This document shows, piece after piece, positions 49,308 through 57,783 of a stretch of 64,000 nt of DNA; position 1 is the stretch's first letter, and every line of letters begins with the position of its first letter. The stretch spans positions 20,254-84,253 of the forward strand of contig CANQBK010000001.1 of assembly GCA_947589485.1 (NCBI GenBank), in the 5' to 3' direction. The notes under the pieces are model-generated. The model searched no databases. It saw only the letters and a program-made list of their open reading frames with translations, and was not told the DNA's origin. This stretch comes from an uncultured Clostridia bacterium. Lineage in GTDB: Bacteria; Bacillota; Clostridia; Oscillospirales; Acutalibacteraceae. The position numbers were made by a program, and so were the translations under genes.

Positions 49308-50039
49308 TTATTGGTCCGTTTTTACCATACTGCTCTCTCCCGTTTCATAGTCTATCTCAATATTAGGCTGGCAGTTATATGCGTAAACATTAAAGCAAAT
49401 TCCCTCTCCGTCATCTTCGACAGAGTATGCTTCAATTTCCACACCGCGCGCAACAAGACAGCCGCCGTCATAAATGGGTGTAGCACGGTACAAAACATGA
49501 TTATCGGTTTCCTTAATATAATCCGCAACCATATTTTCAAACGGCAACATTCCCTTAACATTTAGATAACGCGTACCCGTTATAAGATTTTTCTTGTTGG
49601 CATTTTCCGCTGTAAGTTGGTAGCCTATAAGATGACAGCGGTTGTACAAATACTTACCGTCAACACAGTCATATTTTACAGTATGCCAGCCGCTGGGTTT
49701 TACCTGTCCGATACTGCCGCGTTTTTCGTTCGGCATTGTTTCCTGACCTACGCAGGCATACGCGACGCCGCACCTGCCAAGACGGTCAAGCTCACTGTAT
49801 TTTTCAAAAGCCTTTGAAGTATATTCGGATTCCTTAAAATAAGGTACATTACCGTTTATCTCTACATAAGGACTGTCGGAAAAATTCGGCACCGTATCAA
49901 TTGTGTATACGTTATCCGAGGAAACCGAAACAGGAGCCGTTTCTTCGGAATATTTAAAAATATCTTCCGTTGAACAGCCGCAAACAAAAACACATAGAAA
50001 GACAAGGGCGGAAATTATACGGCATATATTCCTTTTCAC
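49308..50039 (-). CDS. Secreted/lipoprotein DNA/RNA non-specific endonuclease (DNA-entry nuclease-like)
   Basis: 243 aa with a GTG start (GGAG 8 nt upstream) and a signal peptide ending in a Cys cluster (LCVFVCGCS). The core blocks are KRGSIGQVKPSGWH, YNRCHLIGYQL, NLITGTRYLNV and VLYRATPIYDG. Confidence 0.7.
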   Translation of the reverse strand: MKRNICRIISALVFLCVFVCGCSTEDIFKYSEETAPVSVSSDNVYTIDTVPNFSDSPYVEINGNVPYFKESEYTSKAFEKYSELDRLGRCGVAYACVGQETMPNEKRGSIGQVKPSGWHTVKYDCVDGKYLYNRCHLIGYQLTAENANKKNLITGTRYLNVKGMLPFENMVADYIKETDNHVLYRATPIYDGGCLVARGVEIEAYSVEDDGEGICFNVYAYNCQPNIEIDYETGESSMVKTDQ

Positions 50040-50440
50040 TTTGTATACTCCTCTCTTGTTATTTTTTTATGGGAATATCCGCAAAATTCAACGCTTGATA
50101 CAAGCATATAGTTTGACATATCGAGTGTGCATTTAAAATCTGAGGGGTATTCCCTGTCCCATCTGTATACTATAAGTTTTGTTATTTTATCACTATACTT
50201 TGAAATATCAATATTTTCAACAAAGCATATATCATTTTCATTCGATTTTTCAAGAAGAAATTTTTCGAGCTTTATCCTGTCTGTAAAGTCGGAAAACAGA
50301 TTCAAAGAAAAGCTGTTGATACTTATTTTTTTATCGGGGAACATTTTCATAATATCAATTATCAAAAATTTATCTCGGCTTTGTCTTCTGTTGTTAAACA
50401 TCATTCCGTTTTTATTGTCCATACAAATAATTACAGTCAT
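50036..50440 (-). CDS. Hypothetical cytoplasmic protein with a DHFR-like N-terminal pattern
   Basis: 134 aa with no signal peptide. The N-terminus MTVIICMDNKNGMMFNNRRQSRD and the C-terminus ...YPSDFKCTLD... recall the DHFR/RibD_C fold, but no cofactor-binding glycine motif is evident. Its stop overlaps the nuclease start (GTGA). Confidence 0.45.
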   Translation of the reverse strand: MTVIICMDNKNGMMFNNRRQSRDKFLIIDIMKMFPDKKISINSFSLNLFSDFTDRIKLEKFLLEKSNENDICFVENIDISKYSDKITKLIVYRWDREYPSDFKCTLDMSNYMLVSSVEFCGYSHKKITREEYTK

Positions 50441-50493
50441 TTTTTCTCCGTTTTACAGCGATAAATAATATATTTTTGTTTGCCGCATATTTA

Positions 50494-50540
50494 CAAAAAA
50501 ACAAAGCCCCTAAAATGCTTACCGCACCTTTAAGGGCTTC
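50494..50540 (-). terminator. Rho-independent terminator after the tRNA pair
   Basis: A stem AAGCCC..../....GGGCUU (50503-50540) is followed by a U-run on the minus strand (50494-50502). Confidence 0.6.
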
Positions 50541-50557
50541 AGTATCTTTTATATACG

Positions 50558-50631
50558 CGCGCCAAAAGGGACTCGAACCCCTGACCTACTGCTTAGAAGG
50601 CAGTTGCTCTATCCAGCTGAGCTATTGGCGC
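50558..50631 (-). tRNA. tRNA-Arg (anticodon TCT)
   Basis: Cloverleaf read by hand: acceptor GCGCCAA/TTGGCGC, D stem GCTC/GAGC, anticodon stem ACTGC/GCAGT with loop CTTCTAA, and T arm AGGGG-TTCGAGT-CCCTT. No CCA is encoded. Confidence 0.9.
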
Positions 50632-50634
50632 AAA

Positions 50635-50708
50635 TGGAGCGGGTGATGGGAATCGAACCCACACAACCAGCTTGGAAGGCTGGGGTTCTACCACTGAACT
50701 ACACCCGC
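50635..50708 (-). tRNA. tRNA-Gly (anticodon TCC)
   Basis: GCGGGTGTAGTTCAGTGGTAGAACCCCAGCCTTCCAAGCTGG...GTGGGTTCGATTCCCATCACCCGCTCCA. This folds as a canonical cloverleaf with CCA encoded. Confidence 0.95.
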
Positions 50709-50726
50709 ACATCAGCGACGGTTATT

Positions 50727-50755
50727 ATATTATCATACCCGCCGCAATTTGTCAA
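50727..50755 (-). promoter_or_regulatory. Strong sigma-A promoter of the tRNA-Gly/tRNA-Arg unit
   Basis: Minus strand reads TTGACA (50755-50750), a 17-nt spacer, then TAATAT (50732-50727). A ~48-nt pure A/T tract (50761-50808) upstream resembles an UP element. Confidence 0.6.
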
Positions 50756-50819
50756 GGGTTTTTAAAAATTTTTTTAAAATTTTTTTATTTTTTTTTAATG
50801 CACACCGCAATTGACTGAA

Positions 50820-53138
50820 TTACAGTATTTCAAGCATAATACCGCTGTCGTCGGCGGTAACTTTGATTGACGAAATTGTGCCGCTCTTGCTTTCAACAAT
50901 GGCATTAGCTATCTTATCCTCGACTTCCCTACGGATAAGGTTCCGCAGGTCACGCGCTCCGCTTTGCCCGCCGTATGCTTTCTTTGCAAGGAAAGACTGC
51001 GCCTTGCCGTCAAATGTAAATTCTATCCCCTTTTCCTTTAACGAATCGGTATATTCTCCGAGCATAAGCGCGGCGATTTTTACATAGTCCTCTTCGCTGA
51101 GCTGTCTGAATACAATAATTTCATCAAGACGGCTGAGAAATTCGGGACGGAGAAATTCCGAAAGAGCTTTTCTTGCTTTTTCGCTCTTCATTTCCGATTC
51201 GGTCTTGGCAAAACCGAGAGCGTTTTCACGGCGTTCGCTTCCCGCATTTGAAGTCATAACAATAACGGTGTTGCTGAAATTGACCTTTCTTCCCTGAGCG
51301 TCGGTAAGAACGCCTTCATCAAGGATTTGAAGAAGTATATTCAGAACATCGGGGTGAGCCTTTTCTATCTCGTCAAACAGCAGAACCGAATACGGACGTC
51401 TGCGGACCTTTTCTGTCACCTGTCCTGCCTCTTCATAACCTACATAACCCGGAGGAGAGCCTATAATTTTAGAAACCGAATGTTTTTCCATAAATTCGGA
51501 CATATCAAGCCTTATTAAAGTTTCCGGAGTATTAAATAATTCTTCCGACATAACCTTGACGAGTTCTGTCTTACCTACTCCCGTCGGTCCTACAAAAATA
51601 AACGACGCAGGTCTTTTTCTCGGACTTATTTGTACTCTGCTGCGTTTTACCGCCGCCGCCAACGCCTTTACCGCTTCATCTTGACCTATTACTTTGCTTG
51701 CAAGATGTTCTTCAAGCTCGGCGAGCTTATTCAATTCGTTTTCCTGAACTTTTGACGCAGGAATACCCGTCCACAACTCAATAACATGGGCTATATCATC
51801 TTCGGTGACCCACGCAGTAAGTGTCTGCTTGTCGATTTCGTTCAGTTCCTTTTCAAGTTTGGCGGCATTATACCGTACTGTTGCCAGTTTTTCGTAATCT
51901 ATTTTTTCTTCCGAGGCGATATTTTCTTCTTCCGCTTTTAATTCTTTATATTTAGCGCTTTTTCTGTCATAATCCTCAAGCTCCTTGTTCCGCAGTGCCG
52001 CATAGGTGCAGGATTCGTCAAGAAGATCTATGGCTTTATCGGGCAGGAATCTGTCCGTAATGTACCGTTCGGACAGAATAACGGTCTTTCTGACTATCTG
52101 ATCCGACATTTTAACACGGTGATAATCCTCATAATATGATTTTATACCGAGAATTACATCAATTGTTTCATTTATAGACGGCTCAACAACGGTCACGGGC
52201 TGGAAACGCCTTTCAAGAGCCGCATCTTTTTCTATATATTTTCTGTATTCATTATATGTCGTAGCGCCTATGACCTGAATTTCCCCTCTTGACAGAGCAG
52301 GCTTCATTATATTTGCGGCGTTCATAGAACCCTCGGATTCGCCCGTTCCGACCAGACTGTGTACTTCGTCAATAAACAGTATTATGTTTCCGTCGGATTT
52401 TACCTCTTCAATAAGACCTTTTATACGGCTCTCAAATTGTCCTCTGAACTGAGTTCCCGCAACAAGCGCAGTAAGATCCAAAAGCTGTATTTCCTTGTTT
52501 TGAAGTCTGAGCGGGACATTTCCCTCGGCTATTTTTATGGCAAGCCCCTCGGCAATTGCCGTTTTACCCACGCCGGGTTCACCGATAAGACACGGGTTGT
52601 TTTTTGTACGTCTGCTCAATATCTGAATAACACGGTCTATTTCCTTATCACGGCCTATTATTCTGTCTATTTTACCGTCCTTTGCCTTTTGAGTAAGATC
52701 GGTACAATAGGACTCGATGTGCTTGCGCTTACGCTTTTTTTGTTTTGAATTATCAGACTTATCCTTTTTGTGTTCCTTTTCGGATTTTTCATTTGACAGA
52801 GAATCGGAAGGTTTATTTGTTGAAAACAGATTTTTGAAAAACGGAGGAAATGCAGGTGCGCCTCCTCTGCTGAAATCATCGTCCTCCCCGTCCGTATCCT
52901 CGTCTATTCCGTCGGAATCATTCGGAATGAAACCTGACTCCATAAGTTCGCTCATTTGATCCTGCATCATATCAAGATCATCTTCGGATATTCCCATTTT
53001 GTCCATAATATCCGTTACGGGCTTTATACCGAGTTCTTTTGCACAAACCAGACAATAGCCTATTGTATTTGAAGCGTCGGAGGCATTTGACACAAACACA
53101 ACCGCAGGTCTTTTGTTACACTTTGAACAAACCATCAT
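50820..53138 (-). CDS. ClpE-type Clp/Hsp100 AAA+ unfoldase (two AAA modules, N-terminal zinc ribbon)
   Basis: 772 aa with an N-terminal CSKC-x21-CLVC ribbon, a charged low-complexity linker, Walker A motifs GEPGVGKT and GPTGVGKT, and a short coiled middle region. Confidence 0.85.
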   Translation of the reverse strand: MMVCSKCNKRPAVVFVSNASDASNTIGYCLVCAKELGIKPVTDIMDKMGISEDDLDMMQDQMSELMESGFIPNDSDGIDEDTDGEDDDFSRGGAPAFPPFFKNLFSTNKPSDSLSNEKSEKEHKKDKSDNSKQKKRKRKHIESYCTDLTQKAKDGKIDRIIGRDKEIDRVIQILSRRTKNNPCLIGEPGVGKTAIAEGLAIKIAEGNVPLRLQNKEIQLLDLTALVAGTQFRGQFESRIKGLIEEVKSDGNIILFIDEVHSLVGTGESEGSMNAANIMKPALSRGEIQVIGATTYNEYRKYIEKDAALERRFQPVTVVEPSINETIDVILGIKSYYEDYHRVKMSDQIVRKTVILSERYITDRFLPDKAIDLLDESCTYAALRNKELEDYDRKSAKYKELKAEEENIASEEKIDYEKLATVRYNAAKLEKELNEIDKQTLTAWVTEDDIAHVIELWTGIPASKVQENELNKLAELEEHLASKVIGQDEAVKALAAAVKRSRVQISPRKRPASFIFVGPTGVGKTELVKVMSEELFNTPETLIRLDMSEFMEKHSVSKIIGSPPGYVGYEEAGQVTEKVRRRPYSVLLFDEIEKAHPDVLNILLQILDEGVLTDAQGRKVNFSNTVIVMTSNAGSERRENALGFAKTESEMKSEKARKALSEFLRPEFLSRLDEIIVFRQLSEEDYVKIAALMLGEYTDSLKEKGIEFTFDGKAQSFLAKKAYGGQSGARDLRNLIRREVEDKIANAIVESKSGTISSIKVTADDSGIMLEIL

Positions 53139-53460
53139 TGTATATTTATCCCCTTTTTTCTTATATTTTCTTATATATATGAGTTACTCAGCATTAACCG
53201 ATACTTTTAACGGTCAATTCGCTGTAATTCTCCGTGATTTAAATATGATAACATATTTATTGCTGTATTGTCCATAAAAAAATACGATTTTTTTGCTGAT
53301 TTTCTTTATACCCGTTTAACCCAAACGCACAAAAGCGTCCCGTCTATATATACGGGGACAAATTTCCATTCGGACGAATACCGCAAAATTCATTAAATTA
53401 CTTATAAAATCGTAATATAATTAATTCGGTCGAATATATGAAATACTTGATTACAGAAAT

Positions 53461-53506
53461 AATAAAAACAATCGGACAGCCCCATTTATTATGTGACTGT
53501 CCGATT
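53461..53506 (-). terminator. Rho-independent terminator after hpf
   Basis: A 10-bp stem AATCGGACAG/CTGTCCGATT (53470-53506) is followed by a U-rich run on the minus strand. Confidence 0.7.
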
Positions 53507-53523
53507 AAATTTAAAAACAGGTA

Positions 53524-54066
53524 TTATTCTTCCGGTTCAAGAAGACCGTAAGTTCCGTTTTTACGTTTATAAACAACATTTATTTCATTTGTGCTGCTGT
53601 TGCGGAACATAAAGAACTGGTGACCTATCATATTCATTTGAAGAATCGCTTCTTCTACATTAAGCGGTTTTACCGAAAATGTCTTTGTACGAACCACTGC
53701 ATAGTCCTCGTCGTCCATAGAAACGTCATCATATCCGGTCGGCTCGTCGGCAAAATACTGTTCAAAAGATTCGGGTTTAAGTTTTTTGCTCAATTTTGTT
53801 TTATTCTTACGAATTTGTCCTCCAAGTATATCAACAACCGCATCAAGAGCATCGTTCATTTCAAGAGCCGTACTTTCGGCACGGTACATCATACCTCCGT
53901 CTCTTATTGTAACCTCGACTGTTTGACGGTTTTTTTCAAGTGTTACGGTTACGACGGCTTCAGCGTCCTCCGAGTAAATTTTTTCAAATTTACCGAGTTT
54001 TTTGTAAACACGCTCTTTAAAGTTATCTTTTAGATTTACTTTTCTGCCTATTATGTTGTATTTCAT
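53524..54066 (-). CDS. hpf: Ribosome hibernation-promoting factor (long HPF)
   Basis: MKYNIIGRKVNLKDNFKERVYKKL... plus the C-terminal dimerisation domain (KPLNVEEAILQMNMIGHQFFMFRN). I chose ATG 54066 (AGGAGG upstream). Confidence 0.9.
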   Translation of the reverse strand: MKYNIIGRKVNLKDNFKERVYKKLGKFEKIYSEDAEAVVTVTLEKNRQTVEVTIRDGGMMYRAESTALEMNDALDAVVDILGGQIRKNKTKLSKKLKPESFEQYFADEPTGYDDVSMDDEDYAVVRTKTFSVKPLNVEEAILQMNMIGHQFFMFRNSSTNEINVVYKRKNGTYGLLEPEE

Positions 54067-54212
54067 AAGTCGGGCCTCCTTATTTTTACTCAATCCGTTT
54101 ATAGGATTGGATATATTATAACACAATTAACAAAAAAGTAAAATAGAAATCATAAAAATTATGAAAAAATAATGTAAAATTTTTTTGAAGTAAATTATAC
54201 ATTATTACAAAA

Positions 54213-55391
54213 TTAATTTTTACTTATGTTTAATGTCGGCACACCGCCGACAAATACTTCAACGGGTTTGTTCATTATATCAAGCGGGTCGCCTTGGCAG
54301 ACCACAAAGTCCGCGTCCTTACCCTTTTCTATTGAACCTACTCTGTCGAATATACCGCATATTTTTGCCGGCTCCGATGTTATCGCCCTTATTGCGGATA
54401 TTTTATCCATACCTTCACGGACGGCAACAGACGAACATATTGTAAGATATTGTATAGGAATTTCGGGGTGGTCCGTTATTATCGCTGTATGCACATTATG
54501 GGACGATATTATTCCGGGTGAACGAGGCGACATATTTTTAAGTTCGGGTTTACTGCGGTCTGTAAGGAACGGTCCCGAAAGTATGCCTCTTATGTCGGCG
54601 TTTGCCAGTTCTTCGGCAATAAGGTGTCCCTCGGTTGCATGGACTAAAACACACTCAAGTTCAAATTCCTTTGAAATCCTAAGTGCGGTAAAAATATCAT
54701 CGGCACGGTGAACGTGGAAATGTGCGGGTATTTGCTTGTTAAACAGAGGTATGAGGGCTTCATATTTTATGTCATAATCGGGATTTTCATATAATTCCCC
54801 GTCAAGCAAAAAATTCTTTTTGTCTATACAGTAACGCTGAGCCTTTGCAAGGGTTTCACGGATAAGCGCGGCGGTCGCCATTCTTGTAAATGGCGCTCTG
54901 TCTTTATCGTGAAACGTCATTTTCGGATTTTCACCGAGTGAAAATTTTATGCCGACAGGCGCTTTTACTATCATTTTATCAATACATTTACCGAATGTTT
55001 TTATAGCGGCTATCTGCCCCGCAATCGGGTCCGCGCTTCCCGGTCCCGTAAGAACAGTAGTTATTCCGGCAGAAAGCGCCTCTTTAAAATATCCGTCCAT
55101 AGGATTCACGGCGTCTATCGCTCTAAGATGCGGCATAATCGGGTCGGAGTCCTCGTTCCCGTCGTCGCCCTCAAAGCCCAAAGAATCTTCAAACATTCCC
55201 AAATGAGTATGGGCGTCCAAAAATCCCGGATAAACTCTTTTACCTTTTATATCAACAGCATCGGGCATTTCCGAATGAAGATTTTCCATATCTCCCGTTT
55301 CAACTATCTTGCCGTTTTCAAAACATATATATCCGTTTTTTATAACTGTACCTTTTTCGTCCATTGTATGTATTTCTGCATTTATAATCAT
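54213..55391 (-). CDS. Amidohydrolase-family protein (imidazolonepropionase-like metallo-hydrolase)
   Basis: 392 aa with PGFLDAHTHLG, HVHRADD and a C-terminal GKDADFVV motif. Confidence 0.8.
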   Translation of the reverse strand: MIINAEIHTMDEKGTVIKNGYICFENGKIVETGDMENLHSEMPDAVDIKGKRVYPGFLDAHTHLGMFEDSLGFEGDDGNEDSDPIMPHLRAIDAVNPMDGYFKEALSAGITTVLTGPGSADPIAGQIAAIKTFGKCIDKMIVKAPVGIKFSLGENPKMTFHDKDRAPFTRMATAALIRETLAKAQRYCIDKKNFLLDGELYENPDYDIKYEALIPLFNKQIPAHFHVHRADDIFTALRISKEFELECVLVHATEGHLIAEELANADIRGILSGPFLTDRSKPELKNMSPRSPGIISSHNVHTAIITDHPEIPIQYLTICSSVAVREGMDKISAIRAITSEPAKICGIFDRVGSIEKGKDADFVVCQGDPLDIMNKPVEVFVGGVPTLNISKN

Positions 55392-55473
55392 AAAATCTTT
55401 CCTTTTTACAGGTTTGCACCGTTTTCGTAAGTCAAAAACAGAGAGCCGTGACCGACTCTCTGAGCATATCAGT

Positions 55474-55932
55474 TTAAGTTTTTTGAGAATTTCTTCTGGA
55501 ATAGCCGCCTCTTTTTGTTTCGTTCATACGCTTCAAATCCGACATTTTTTCATCGCTTGTCTGTTTAAACTTAGAAAGCATATCTTCAAAGCTGACGGAA
55601 TCCGAACGTTTCGGAGCCTGCCATTCAAAATTGCCGGGTCGCGGCTGTTGACGTGAAGCTGAATTTCGATTTTGCTGAAATGAAGGCTTGCGCTGTTGAG
55701 GCATTGCCTTTTTAATCGACAGGCTTATTTTACCGTCATCACCGATATTAAGTATCTTTACTTTTACCGTTTGCCCTTCTTTAAGAAATTCTTTAATATC
55801 GTTTACATAGGTCGGAGCAACCTCGGAAATATGAACCATTCCCGTCTTTCCTTCCTCAATATCAACAAAAGCACCGAACTTGGTAATACCGGTAACCTTA
55901 CCTTCCACAATCATTCCTACTTCAAGCCCCAT
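55474..55932 (-). CDS. S1 RNA-binding domain protein (YabR-like)
   Basis: MGLEVGMIVEGKVTGITKFGAFVDI...GMVHISEV. It sits downstream of divIC as in B. subtilis. I chose ATG 55932 over the TTG at 55956. Confidence 0.8.
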   Translation of the reverse strand: MGLEVGMIVEGKVTGITKFGAFVDIEEGKTGMVHISEVAPTYVNDIKEFLKEGQTVKVKILNIGDDGKISLSIKKAMPQQRKPSFQQNRNSASRQQPRPGNFEWQAPKRSDSVSFEDMLSKFKQTSDEKMSDLKRMNETKRGGYSRRNSQKT

Positions 55933-55952
55933 ACTAAATACGCTTTCTCCTC

Positions 55953-56300
55953 TCAATCGCCGGCAATGTTTATAAATACCACTTCACCGTTTTTCACATA
56001 ATCCAAATCTTCCCGCGCTACCCGTTCAATATAGTCGGAAAAAGAATCGAGGTCATCGCTGTCAACAGCTTCGGCAACCTTTTTCAATTCTTCGTTTTTA
56101 ATTTTTCCGATTGATATTGTATTGTTCAGCTCTTCCAATTCTACTCGGGCATTATTGATTTTTATTTGCTGGTCAACAATAGTAACTGCAATATAAAGAG
56201 AAAACCCGATCAATGCAACGATAAGAATCCAGTTACGTCTTTTCTTCGCTTTTTTTGTGAGCTTAGGTTTTGAAAGACGTTTTTTCAAGGTTTTGGTCAT
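55953..56300 (-). CDS. divIC: Septum formation initiator (DivIC/FtsB family)
   Basis: Basic N-terminus, a single TM helix (WILIVALIGFSLYIAVTIV), then a coiled coil. I chose ATG 56300 (AAGGTG 9 nt upstream). Confidence 0.7.
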   Translation of the reverse strand: MTKTLKKRLSKPKLTKKAKKRRNWILIVALIGFSLYIAVTIVDQQIKINNARVELEELNNTISIGKIKNEELKKVAEAVDSDDLDSFSDYIERVAREDLDYVKNGEVVFINIAGD

Positions 56301-56402
56301 GCAGTCAATCACCTTCTTGAATCATAATCCCGTATATATTAATCTAACGAAACTATTATACAATATCTTACAGGTAATTTGCAAGAGATTAAACGCACTT
56401 TT

Positions 56403-56822
56403 TTATTTTCTTGTTTTTTTTAACAGTTTTTTACATTTTTTTACTATTTTGGAGGTACTTTTTCCTATAAAATCACACACCGGGTCAAAAATAGAATGAT
56501 ACACCCCAAAACAAACACGAAAAACAAACGCGGCAAATTTTTTTAACATACGTCCAACGGTCAAATACATTACGGCAAAGCTGATACATTCGGCAAATAC
56601 TGTATAAAATCTTACTGTACCGTTTGTAAGGGCGGCCGCATAAAGAAAATTTACAAATGCGGCAATAACCATAAACAAAATATCGCTCACTATAATATTG
56701 ATTTTGGTCGGAGGCGAAAATTCGCGTGTAACTATCAACACTATATAAAGCGCAAAAAGCGCCGCGCCAAGCACGAACGACCACAAAAAAGAATTTATCT
56801 GTTCGTACAAAGTCAACTCCAC
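56403..56822 (-). CDS. yabQ: YabQ-like spore cortex biosynthesis membrane protein
   Basis: 139-aa protein with 4 TM helices, directly downstream of yabP. It apparently uses a GTG start with AGGTGA upstream. The call rests mainly on position and topology. Confidence 0.55.
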   Translation of the reverse strand: MELTLYEQINSFLWSFVLGAALFALYIVLIVTREFSPPTKINIIVSDILFMVIAAFVNFLYAAALTNGTVRFYTVFAECISFAVMYLTVGRMLKKFAAFVFRVCFGVYHSIFDPVCDFIGKSTSKIVKKCKKLLKKTRK

Positions 56823-56831
56823 CGAATCACC

Positions 56832-57125
56832 TTACCTGAACAGGCGTCCGAAAAATCCGCCCTCTTGCTGTTTGCTTTCCGAATACAAAAGAGAATCCAC
56901 ACAGCCGTCAAGACTAAGCTCTCCTGTTTCAACACTGAACTTATTTATATGGAGATTGCTTCCTTTTACGCTAAGTTCTCCTGCTTCCGTAATCAAGGTG
57001 ACCGTATTTTCATCAAACCCTGCAACGTCCGAAACGCCGGACAAAGACAAATTTTTTCTGTTCTCAAGTATAAGACTATGTTTTTTTTGCACAACATTTT
57101 TTTCTTCCACAGGCATATTATCCAC
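56832..57125 (-). CDS. yabP: Sporulation protein YabP
   Basis: 97 aa. HSLILENRKNLSLSGVSDVAGFDENTVTL...KGSNLHINKFSVETGELSLDGCVDSLLYSE matches the YabP pattern. Confidence 0.8.
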   Translation of the reverse strand: MDNMPVEEKNVVQKKHSLILENRKNLSLSGVSDVAGFDENTVTLITEAGELSVKGSNLHINKFSVETGELSLDGCVDSLLYSESKQQEGGFFGRLFR

Positions 57126-57195
57126 TTTCCTTTCATAAAAACTGCTTGTTGTAATTTTTATGCCGGTATGAGCGGTTATATGACTGAGCGGTTTA

Positions 57196-57441
57196 TCAGT
57201 CTGATATAATTTTATACATTAAGCCTGCCTCGTCTTTTTTGGCATATTCGTTTATGCTTGTTATTTCCGCCTTTATGGGGTGTGCGCCGATAGAGACCTC
57301 GATTATGTCACCGATTTTTACATCATAAGAGGCGCGCGCCTGCTTGCCGTTTACCGTTACCCTGCCGGCATCGCAGGCTTCGTTTGCAACGGTTCTTCTT
57401 TTTATAATTCTTGATACCTTTAAATATTTGTCAAGACGCAT
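57196..57441 (-). CDS. S4-domain RNA-binding protein (YabO/Hsp15-like)
   Basis: 81 aa: MRLDKYLKVSRIIKRRTVANEACDAGRVTVNGK. Confidence 0.8.
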   Translation of the reverse strand: MRLDKYLKVSRIIKRRTVANEACDAGRVTVNGKQARASYDVKIGDIIEVSIGAHPIKAEITSINEYAKKDEAGLMYKIISD

Positions 57442-57463
57442 AAATATCTCCTTAATTTACAAA

Positions 57464-57493
57464 TAAAAACCGACCGTATATTTTAACGGCCGG
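57464..57493 (-). terminator. Rho-independent terminator after hup, abutting the yabO RBS
   Basis: A stem CCGGCCG/CGGUCGG (57470-57493, one G-U pair) is followed by UUUUUAU. Only about 20 nt separate it from the yabO start. Confidence 0.6.
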
Positions 57494-57503
57494 CTTCAGA
57501 AAA

Positions 57504-57782
57504 TCATTTTTTATCGACAGCTTCCTTAAATGCTTTGCCTGCTTTAAATGCCGGCACCTTTGAGGCTGCAATTTTTATTTTTTCCTTAGTGCGGGGGTCG
57601 CAGCCGATTCTTTCTTTTCTTTCGTGACGTTCAAATATACCGAAACCGACTATACGAATTTCTTCACCCTCGGCTACACGCTCGATAATTGTGTCGATAA
57701 CAGCTCCAACAGCTTTCTCGGCATCCTTTTTGGTAATTTCAGCCTTTTCGGCTACCGCTGAAATAAGCTCTGATTTGTTCAT
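57504..57782 (-). CDS. hup: DNA-binding protein HU
   Basis: MNKSELISAVAEKAEITKKDAEKAV...GFGIFE...RNPRT-like arm...FKAGKAFKEAV. I chose ATG 57782 (GGAGGA within the mazG stop region). The ORF-track 5' extension overlaps mazG and is rejected. Confidence 0.9.
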   Translation of the reverse strand: MNKSELISAVAEKAEITKKDAEKAVGAVIDTIIERVAEGEEIRIVGFGIFERHERKERIGCDPRTKEKIKIAASKVPAFKAGKAFKEAVDKK

Positions 57783-57783
57783 T

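Noticed and set aside
50820-53138. A possible novel McsA-ClpC fusion: an N-terminal CxxC...CxxC ribbon resembling the McsA N-terminus in place of the Clp N-domain
   Set aside because: An N-terminal CX2C-X~22-CX2C zinc finger is the defining feature of the known ClpE subfamily. The architecture is therefore established, and only the long acidic/basic linker is somewhat unusual.
53139-53300. A CtsR operator upstream of the ClpE-type gene
   Set aside because: There is only a single GGTCAA-like heptad (CGGTCAAT, about 53211-53218). The tandem heptad repeat required for CtsR is absent.
53290-53370. A 25-codon ORF (MNFAVFVRMEICPRIYRRDAFVRLG) and a weak GTCCC/GGGAC hairpin in the hpf-clpE spacer
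   Set aside because: There is no Shine-Dalgarno sequence. The stem is only 5 bp with a marginal U-tract. This is not enough to call a leader peptide or attenuator.
54067-54212. A raiA-motif ncRNA next to hpf
   Set aside because: The upstream gap is only 146 nt and very A/T-rich, holding just a promoter-like TGTTATAAT and one 6-bp hairpin. That is too short and unstructured for a motif of about 200 nt.
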